From the NCBI RefSeq assembly GCF_009914755.1, contig NC_060935.1: 64,000 nucleotides of DNA, one strand, 5' to 3'. Made by a program: the position numbers and the translations under genes. Source of the stretch: the human T2T-CHM13v2.0 reference genome, Homo sapiens. Positions 1 through 64,000 of this stretch are shown piece by piece. Positions within the stretch are counted from its first letter, which is position 1. Each line of letters starts with the position of its first letter. Below the pieces are notes generated by a model. That model was not told the DNA's origin, ran no database searches, and was given only the letters and a program-made list of their open reading frames with translations.

Positions 1-82
1 GAAAATTCTGCACCCAGCTGGAAAATTCTCTATAAGAATGTGTTTGCAGAGTGGGGTAAAGTCTGTAAGAAGATACTAAAAT

Positions 83-2232
<2,150 letters not shown>

Positions 2233-2470
2233 GATAAATGGGAAGTGCAGTGCTATACAGGCTAATGAAAACATCCAAAAAGTTTTAGAATTTAAGTCAT
2301 CAAATTCCTTAAAGTTCAATATAAGGGAGTGATGAGAAATAAGACTGGAACCAGTTATGAAGAGCCTTTTGTGCAAGCCAAGCAATGGAAATGTATTGGA
2401 GCCTCTTTGATCTGTAATTTTAAAGTATATTTATTTGCAGAAGTTTAAAATGGACTTTTTTTCTTTGTAG

Positions 2471-44324
<41,854 letters not shown>

Positions 44325-47255
44325 GTTATCTCTTTCTTTCCTGCTGTGTGCTTGTAGTGAAGAGCTTGTGTTCCTCCTAGTAGTGGTTCCAGAACTGGTT
44401 CATGTTATCTATTCTAAACTAATAATCAATAGATGGACAAAAGAAACAACAACCCCAGGAGATGGGACCTGATCATGCAACCTGGCACTGGAAAAGAAAT
44501 CAGCGGGATTTTGGGGGTGGGGGGGATGGGAGGTACCTTAGAGGGAGTATTTTCTTTATTTTTTGAAGAAAGTAAGATCCTGACTCTGAAGCTTCAAAGT
44601 GACACTGTGGAAATCTGAAACGAGGGGATGTCATGAAGGCAGCTTTTCTTTTTCTGAGGAAAAAATAGGCATGGGCTACAGGACTATTTAAAATGTCTCA
44701 TTTACAGTATAAAACTCAAAGGTAGATGTAATTTTTACACCTATGAGTATTTGTCCAATTTCTGTCTCTTCCTCACCATTGGGTATCTATTCTTTATATG
44801 TAAATAAGATAAGGTCATCTGATAGCCTTATTCAGTCTTCATCATTTTCATCATTGTTCCTATGTAGATTATTGGACATTTATTGTAGCACTACATAACT
44901 GATTATAAAAATCTGTAAATGAATTAGCACTTTCATATTGAAACAAGCCTGCTAGCCTATGTATAAAATAGCAAAATGTTTGCTGTTTATAAAAAGATGT
45001 AATGGGGTGGGGGGCAGGGGTAATTTCAAGTTATTAATTTAAAAATGAACTAGCAATTTTGTACCTGGTGACTTTGTGGTGCACTCACCTCTGATAGTGA
45101 CTTGAATTCGGTATGTAAAAAGGGGTTAGTGGTATTTCATTGCTGCTAAAAATGACAACTCCCTCTGTGTCCTGTTTTTCTTAAAGCTGTCAGTGTACAA
45201 GTGGGTATTTGAATACCAGACCTTACTGTAAAAAATAAAAAAGGTGGTATCTAGAGCATGTAAATTGGATATAAAGTTCTGCTCTTAAAGAGTTGATCTA
45301 AGAGTATGGCTAAACATCTATATATGCAATCTATTAAAAGAACTTAATTCGGCTATTATGTCTTGATTTGATTGCAGTTTTTTCCTAATTATAACAAATT
45401 TTTCCTCATTGGCCTGTTTTTAATCCTGTGCCTAGAAGGAGTACAAAATGCACACTTTACAAAATTGATATTTAACACTTACCCACTCCCCTTTCCCCAT
45501 CTCTTCTACCGCTCTTGTTGATCGTGGTATCTGATCTTGACTAGATAGGCTGAAGGCACATGGTTCCCTCCAAAAACCACTATTGATACCACTACAAAAA
45601 CAAGCCAGCAAAAAGATACTGTAGAGAGGTTGGCTTGCTTCCCTCTCTTCCTAACTGCATGTTGAAAAATAAGCCGTTATTGATCTTAAACATCGGTCAG
45701 ATGAGTCATACATTGGGTTATTTTTTATATACATGTATACACAAAATATTTCAAATTGAAAGCAACATCTTAATGGATTCAAAACTATTACAAGCTGTTG
45801 TCTAAAACAGGTGAGAAAAAAATTTATAACTGTAAAAACAAATGCACATATTGATATTTAAAATGCGTAATTAAGAAAACCCATTGTTGTTGTGTTTTTC
45901 TTGTATACCAATAATTAAGCCACTACTGTTGGCACTGTTTGGTTTTCTGTTTTAACACTGAAGGAGTGAAAGTATTTCCTATATTTATGAATTTACTACT
46001 AAAATCTTGGCAAAAAAAGAAAAAAATTGTCTAACATGTGTGGGTGAAAACTGTTAATCAAGTGTTTCTACTCCCCCCCGAAAATCCCCTGAAAGTTGGA
46101 CACCAACTGTATACCCTAGGTTGCTTAAAGGGATTTCACTATTATATAAAGTCAATAAAAATGAAGTAGTTGTATATATGCAACATTGTGTACAGAGGGG
46201 AAATAATGAATAGTATTAAAGAAACATTCTCGTCTTCCTTTACCTTTAATCCCCTAATACCTAGTCTACTTTTTAAATTTTCAGACTTCACTGCTTTTTG
46301 AATTCATAATTCTAATTTTCACATTATTGTTAATGGAAAATCATATCTAATAAAGGTTTTAGTTATTCCCATGCACAGTATGAAAATTCTCATTTGCTGA
46401 GGTTTTGTTTCAAGAAAATGTATTGGCATGTCTTTGAGAACATGTTTTATTGTCTCCTGTGTCATATAATCCAAACTAATCTCCGTTTACAGACTTTAAC
46501 TTGAAATTAGACCTTATAATTAAACTATTTAAATAGTGTTCAAATGATAGTTTCTAATGCATCAAATATATACCTCAGTTTTCATGATTTCCTTTAACAT
46601 TATAATTTGGTATAGATCAAGAATCTTAACATGTATCAGTTTCTAGATGAGGCTGCAGGATTTTTGGAAAACTTTTTGAATGTATTTACAATATTCTCTT
46701 GTAATTAGCTACATAGGGACTTGTCTTTTTTTCTTTTTACATACAGCTTTTCCTACAGTTTTATTACCCTGTAATTTTTTTTTAGTTGTAGAAGTTAATT
46801 CTGATTTTGTGTGGATTTCAGTATTTGTCTTTGTTAATGGCACATATTAGCATAAATCACTTTTGTAAATGTAAGCTTTCTTTTTTTTTCTTGAAAAAGC
46901 CTTTCTATTTATCAGTATTAAATAAAGGAAGTTAATCTGTTTCTCTGCAGGTAATAAAATAGTGACACACTGTATTAAGATAGTGACTGCTATACTCAAC
47001 TCTGGAAGAGACTAGAGTATAGAGCATGAGTGGCAAAACCACAGCCCTTGGGCCATATGCTGCTATTCAGTCCCAGATGTAGCCCCTGAAGCAAGCATAA
47101 AGAAAAATGAATTAAAAATTAAATTAATATGGAAAGTTAAAAAATGGATTACATTAGTATGACTAAACCATGTCTTTGGCAAAGATCTAACACAATGTCT
47201 TAAGTATAATAGGTAGTCTCTGTTTGTAAAATAAATGACTTAAATTTAAAACATC
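44325..47255 (+). other. IPO7: IPO7 3'UTR (~2.9 kb, Alu-free, AU-rich); 3' end approximate
   Basis: Follows the stop codon; AATAAA at 45234, 46154, 46349, 46921, 46953 and 47230; a U/GU-rich tract follows the last one. Confidence 0.75.
47230..47235 (+). terminator. Probable distal polyadenylation signal of IPO7
   Basis: AATAAA followed ~30-50 nt later by ctgtcagttctgttctttgt (GU/U-rich downstream element). Confidence 0.65.
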
Positions 47256-47996
47256 AGTTATAAAACTGTCAGTTCTGTTCTTTGTAATTTAAATTTTGGT
47301 AAAGATTTTCTGTGACCATTTATCAGTGCCTACTGAATTCTAGCTTTTATCCTTGGTGAGTTGGCCATTCTTGGAATAGCCACTTCACACTTTGGCTCAT
47401 GGTAAACAAAGGTTACCTGGAAAGTGCTCTTGGAGATAGTACTGTCATCTCTCAATTGGGGGAGTTACCTAAATCAGACCTGCAAATTAGAGAAGGCTAG
47501 GATAATAGATTCTTTAACATAAACAGTTAACATTTTAAGTTGACCTGGCAATCCAAAAACTAGCATTAGCAGAAGCAGTATGCTTCTCCAAAGGTCTTCT
47601 AGACCCAGGCTGTAACTCAGCTAACTGAAGTGATCCAATACTGTTCTAGGCCCTTCATCCTTTGTATGTAGTATTACCACTGAATAGATTTGTATGTAGT
47701 ATTATGACTGCATAAAACAAACAATGGGGACAGATATATCCCTTTCCTTTAAGGACCAATACAGTAGGCTGTACTCATTGTTGCCCCTTATATAAAGGGT
47801 CAAAACATATTCTTATGACCATGCATATCAAAAGAAGCTGGACAATGTGGTTCTTAAGCTAGGCAAAATCTTTGGTTTTAGCACTATAGGAGAAATATAT
47901 AAGTTCTTGTGTGTGTGTGTGTCTGTGTGAGGTAGTCATCCCCACTCCAGGTGTTTTTTTGGTGGTGGTGGTGGTTTTTTTTTTTTTTTTCCCTGA

Positions 47997-48104
<108 letters not shown>

Positions 48105-48820
48105 TAGCTGGGATTACAGGTGCCTGCCACTGCACCTGGCTAATTTTTCTATTTTTAGTAGAGAAGGGGTTTCATCATCTCAGCCAGGCTGGTCTGGAAC
48201 TCCTGACCTCGTGATCCACCCACCTCGGCCTCCCAAGTGCTGGGATTATAGGCGTGAGCCACTGCGCCCGGCCCCCTCCAGGTGTTAAGGCACAGGTGAG
48301 AATTCTCCTTTATATATTTATAGATGCTGGGCCAGGCACGGTGGCTTATGCCTGTAATCCAAGCACTTTGGAAGGCTAAGGCCGGAGGATCGCTTGAGCC
48401 CAGGAGTGCAGGACTAGCCTAGGCAATACAGCAAGACCCTGTCTTAAAAAATAATAATAGGCTGGGCATGGTGGCTGATTCCTGTAATCCCAGCACTTTG
48501 GGAGGCTGAGGCTGGCAGATTACCTGAGGCCAGGAGTTCAAGACCAGCCTGGCCAACGTGGTGAAACCCCATCTCTACTAAAAATACAAAAATTAGCTGG
48601 GCGTGGTGGCGCATGCCTGTAATCCCAGCTACTCAGAAGGCTGAGGCAGGAGAATTGCTTCACCCTGGGAGACGGGGGTTGCAGTGAGCCAAGATTGCAC
48701 CACTGCACTCCAACCTGGGCGACAGAGTAAGACCTGTCTCAGAAAAAAAAAAAATAATAGATTCTACTTTCATATATAAATTGGGATTTGTCAATTACAT
48801 ACAATATTTGAGCTCTATAA

Positions 48821-49144
<324 letters not shown>

Positions 49145-49164
49145 TAAGGTTTCTTTCTGAATCT

Positions 49165-57083
<7,919 letters not shown>

Positions 57084-57126
57084 TGAAATAATTGCTTTTA
57101 AGCTTAACTCATCGTTTATCTTTTTT

Positions 57127-57212
57127 CTATATATATCATATATAATTTCTATATATATAGTATACATATATATCATATATAATTTCTATATATATATAGT
57201 ATACATATATAC
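57127..57212. repeat. AT-rich tandem repeat, ~37-bp unit in about 2.3 copies
   Basis: atatatcatatataatttctatatatatagtatac is repeated. Confidence 0.85.
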
Positions 57213-57925
57213 TACTTTAATGCTTATAGCATGGTATAAATATGCCAAAACCAACCAATTCTCCAGTAAGTTTTAAGTTACTGAAAGAAGTGTTTTAGAA
57301 AATATTATCTTAACAGTTTTTGAAGGGGGCTACAAATAAGTTACCTCTTGTTTAGGAAGTTGGGGAAATTATTTAATTTCTGCATTTAAGAGCCTGGACT
57401 AGTACTGATTGACAGGGAAACATTTTCAAGCCATTAATTTGACCGGATATAACACGATATAAGGGAAGGGAGATGAATGGGATAACATTTTAAGCTTATG
57501 AATGGCTCTGAATATATGTACATTTGAACTCTGTTCTATAGTCACTGGTAAATACTGTTAACACAACGTTCCATTACCTGTGACAAATCAGAATTAGGTT
57601 TCTCTCTGAATCCAGTTACAATTATAGCATCCTATCCACCGCCACCATCATCGCCATTCAATTTTTAGAACAACTCAGTAGCTTCTGGGGATACAAAGAT
57701 GTCCTGTAATTGTTATCTACAATAAGAGGGCGATTTAAAAATTCTTGAGATTCTGTATTATAGTGTTTTAATGAGTAGCCTACAGGCATGGGACTTAGTG
57801 GAACTGCATAAAAATATTCTGATGGGTTAAAAAACACCTCCAATTACAAAACACAGATACATGTGGAGGGAACAGAAATTATAAATTAAAACCATTTGTT
57901 TTTCAGCTGGGCTACTTCTTTGTAA

Positions 57926-58189
<264 letters not shown>

Positions 58190-58679
58190 TAGTAGAGACG
58201 GGGTTTCACCGCGTTAGCCAGGATGGTCTCGATCTCCTGACCTCATGATCTGCCCGCCTTGGCCTCCCAAAGTGCTGGGATCACAGGCGTGAGCCTCCGC
58301 GCCCGGCCACCTAATCCATTTTTTATATGTGACACTTTTATTTTAAGGGCTTAAAAAGTAATCCGGGCCGGGCGCGGTGGCTCACGCCTGTAATCCCAGT
58401 ACTTTGGTAGGCTGAGGTGGGCGGATTACGCGGTCAGGAGTTTCAGACCAGCCTGGCCAACATGGTGAAACCCCGTCTCTACTAAAAACAGAAAAATTAG
58501 CCGGGCGTGATGGTGGGCGCCTGTAGTCCCAGCTACTCAGGAGGTTGAGGCAGGAGAAATCGCTTGAACCTGGGAGGCGGAGGTTGCAGTGAGCTGAGAT
58601 CGTGCCACTGCATTGCAGTCTGGGCTACAGGGCGAGACTCCGTCTCAAAAAACAAACAAACAAACAAAAAACAGTAATC

Positions 58680-59830
58680 CGAACTGATTTAAACTTCTTT
58701 ATTAACAGAATATATGTTCAAACAAAGCTTAAAGTCCCATTTTCTTTCCATTGGCGTCTAGGCCCCTATTACTCAACTATCCGTTGGTTAGGGCCTGCAC
58801 CTCAAGGTAGGCTTAATTGTAAATCAAAATATTTACTATCCACACTTAGAGGGCTATCTGTAACATCGTTTTTATTTATCCCCGTCCATTCGATAATCGT
58901 CTGAAATGCAAGACATTAAGTTGAACATCATCCAGCTTTCTCCCTGTTTTTCTAAGCGCGATCCAAATCTGTTACAACAGGGTAGTCTCTCATTCTCTTG
59001 GTAGCTCAATTCTACCCCCTGGCCGACTTAAGAAATTTTGAGTCTAATACACCCACCTCATCTTTAGTCGGCCTGGTGCGCCAACGCAAATTTGTACTGA
59101 GTACCTTCGGAACTGACTAGTAAGTATATCCAAAGGTTTAGAAAGGGCTGGGTTAAGAGCTACAAGAAGCATTAACCGCAACGGCCACAACTAATTTGTA
59201 TCCATTCTTAGTAACTTTAGGGAACCAGACTGAATGCTTCTCCCACCCTTTTGACTTTCCTTTATTAGTTCGCAACACAAGAACATACAAAAGACCGTAG
59301 CGACAACCATTTCTGACGCCTTCAACTTTTAAATCCAAATTACGTGAAACCACAAAGCATCAGTGGTGTCTCCCCGAGGAATCCAAGACCCCCCGGCCGG
59401 TTGCCAAGCCGCCGGAATTTCAGCAGGAGAGGAAGGCTCACCCTCCCACCGCATGGCGATGCCCGGGAGACTGGAGAAGCTCAGGCAGGCTTGGAAGCCA
59501 ATCCCCGGCATACAGCAGCTCTCGGGAATGCAGAGCCCTAGAGCAAGACCAAGGGCCTCGGCCGACACTGAGAGCCTCCAGGGAGAGGTCAGGTCTCTCT
59601 TTCTGTCCTATTTCTCCCTTCGACTTCCCTCCCAGCAGGCTGCTATTGAGCATTCAGCAATCGCCAGACAAAGCCCTTCTGGTCTGCAGAACGCACTCCG
59701 GCAAGCCCACCGGGAGAACCAAAGCCGCCTCCTCGCCCCTGTGGGGAAAATGGCGCTCGTCACCCCGGCTCCCTCCCGGGTAATCACAAGGACCAGCCTC
59801 CCTCCCTCGCTACAAAATGGCGCCTCCCGC
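58680..59830 (-). ncRNA. ZNF143-AS1: Divergent, apparently single-exon lncRNA from the ZNF143 promoter (ZNF143-AS1/LOC644656); boundaries approximate
   Basis: Repeat-free 1.1 kb upstream of the CpG promoter, with a minus-strand AATAAA at 58698-58703. The name and extent come from recalled annotation and are not provable from sequence alone. Confidence 0.6.
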
Positions 59831-60740
59831 TGGGGCCCCAGAATCGGTATGACTCGCTAGTCAGTGAGGCGGGGTCCGTCTGGGATAAGCGGTTATGTCA
59901 ACCAGTCAGACACAGGAGCTTTGATTCTGCACTTTGCGCGAGCCACTCAGGGGCGGGCTGTAAAGTCAGGCTTGGCTGACGTCAGTTGAGTGGGCGCGGC
60001 TAGGGCGGTTTTCTTTCGCGTCGACCAAACGTGGGCCAATGGAAAACCGGAAGCGTCCTGTGAGTGATGTAATGACAGCCCAATGGAAGCTGGGGGCGGG
60101 CCTCAGACACACTATGCGGGTTGCGGGGCCTGGGGGCCGGACGGCTGTTTCCTGTCCTGGTGCATGGTGGTCGGACGAAGGAATTGTTGGAAAATTTTCT
60201 CGGAGGTTCGTATATAAATGTGTTTTTACCCAGTGTGCATTATTCTCCGCCTGGCCGCCGCCCTCAGCGCGGCGGCGCGGGCCCGCTTGGGCCCGGGCTC
60301 CGGCTCCCGCTGCTCAGCCTCCGCCGCAGGCCTTGCCGATTTTATGGGCCGGCCGCGGTAGCGGCGTCTGGGCAGAAGCGGAGTTTATTAATAACCCGCG
60401 GCCGCCACTCTAGGCGGCGGAGCTTTTTTCGTTGAGGACTCAACTCCCCCCAACTTGTCTCTGAGCGATGCGCCCCGCCTGTTTCCCTCAGGGGACCGCC
60501 AAGGGGAGGGAGTGAAAGAGGGGAGGGTGGAGCCCTCGGGAGCCTTGGCCGCGTTTCTCGGCCTGACCTCCGCGCAGAGCGAGTCCCCAGGCGCCGCCGA
60601 GGCAGAGTTCCGCCGCCTGGGACGCCGGGCCCACGGGCCACACCAGGCCGCAGCGGGGGCGCCGGGGACAGGGCTGGCCCAGGCCCTCCCAGGACCTGCC
60701 GGTCTCACCTAGCGCTTGCTTCCCATGCGTATCGTGGGCA
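59340..60740. promoter_or_regulatory. CpG island / bidirectional promoter of ZNF143
   Basis: High GC and CpG content. YY1-like AAAATGGCG (59747, 59814), GC boxes (59950, 60093), palindromic CRE CTGACGTCAG (59976-59985), CCAAT boxes (60036, 60080) and ETS ACCGGAAG (60046). Confidence 0.92.
60120..60205 (+). other. ZNF143: ZNF143 non-coding exon 1 (TSS approximate); intron 1 runs past the end of the window
   Basis: ...gaaggaattgttggaaaattttctcggag|gttcgt matches the ZNF143 5'UTR as I recall it; donor GT at 60206; synteny downstream of IPO7. Confidence 0.8.
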
Positions 60741-61424
60741 GATTGTTTCCCCCTCACCCTTTCTTCTATTAAAAAAAAAAAAAGGTTACTGAGGTCTAAC
60801 ATCGGATATTAGAAATTTACAATTTTATCCTCCCTTTTCTCCAGTTTTGGCCAAAAGAGTGAACAAATTCTTATAAGTCTCTTTGAAACGTATTATTGTG
60901 GAACGCGAACTAGTTTTTATTCCTTCCCCTTTTGCTTTGGACATTTGTTTTTTCCACATAATAACGAAGTTAAAAAGAGGAAAGAAGAATACCATTGCCA
61001 GCCCATTATTTGTTTAAAATCAGCGTCAGCCTTTGCTTTGGAAGTGTCTAAATCAGCTGATATAATCAAGTGAGGATGTGGGGAGAAATTGTAGGTTCGA
61101 GATTGTGGTCGGCTTTGTCCTGAATCTTACCAGAAGATACTTGTGTTTTCCTGTAGTTGACAAAAAACGGTGCAGTATTTAATGTTTTTTCTTGCTGAGT
61201 ATGTAGATCAAGTTTACGTTTAGTAAGAAAATAACGTGATAAGGAGATCACTCAAAAACACCCATAAGATGCATAGCTAATTTTGTCCTGGCGTATTTTG
61301 ACTGTTTGGAAATTTTTTTTTTTTAATTGTCAGTGTCCACTATTTGGAAATTCTATGAGCAGTCAGCTGTCTACAGATACTTGAGTGCCTTTTTTTTTTT
61401 GCTTTACAGATGCCCGCCTTTATT

Positions 61425-62840
<1,416 letters not shown>

Positions 62841-63153
62841 CCTTTGCTGTGTGTTGGAATGTTGCTGTGAAGTAAGGACTGGTTGTGTTCTTCACAGAAA
62901 CGTGGCATGGCTGCATTGAACTGTGCCTCTACTACATGGTTTTATTTTTAAAATAAAAAACCACTCCACCCTCATAGCATAGTTCCATTTCTGGAAGGTA
63001 AGCACTGAATTTTTAAATGTTCATACAAGCATATACAGATAACTATATACATTTTTAAATAAATGAATGCAATCATATGGTATCTACTTTTCTGCAACTT
63101 GCTTTTTCCCACTTACCATATATCTTGGACATGTTTCTCACTGTTTCAGATAG

Positions 63154-64000
<847 letters not shown>

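Noticed and set aside
59363-60802. Overlapping 85-165 aa ORFs on both strands of the CpG island
   Set aside because: Stop-codon scarcity in GC-rich DNA explains them; they are Pro/Arg/Gly/Ala-rich with no recognisable domain.

Overview
Human (or near-identical great-ape) genomic DNA, recognisable as chr11p15.4. The + strand carries exons 2-25 of IPO7 (importin 7): 24 coding exons from 2471 to the stop at 44324, then a ~2.9 kb 3'UTR; exon 1 lies upstream of the window. The exons splice in frame to 3033 nt, which with an 84-nt coding exon 1 gives the 1038-aa protein. Intron 13 hosts the H/ACA snoRNA SNORA23. Downstream is a repeat-dense intergenic stretch, where an old L1 is broken by many Alus and one Alu is itself interrupted by a MER11 solo LTR. 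This is followed by a CpG-island bidirectional promoter with ZNF143 non-coding exon 1 (+) and a divergent lncRNA (ZNF143-AS1/LOC644656, -). About 90 Alu elements or fragments (hand count) account for almost all ORFs in the supplied track. I found no new protein-coding system. The most unusual unexplained structure is in IPO7 intron 4: a ~260-bp 95%-identical duplication with templated inverted insertions that creates a 52-bp RNA stem whose only mismatches are G-U pairs. Other notable items are a GC-AG intron, collapsed or abutting inverted Alu pairs, multi-level nested insertions, a T17 splice-acceptor tract, and self-binding-site/uORF architecture at the ZNF143 5' end. Gene and repeat names come from my recognition of the sequence, not from a database search.
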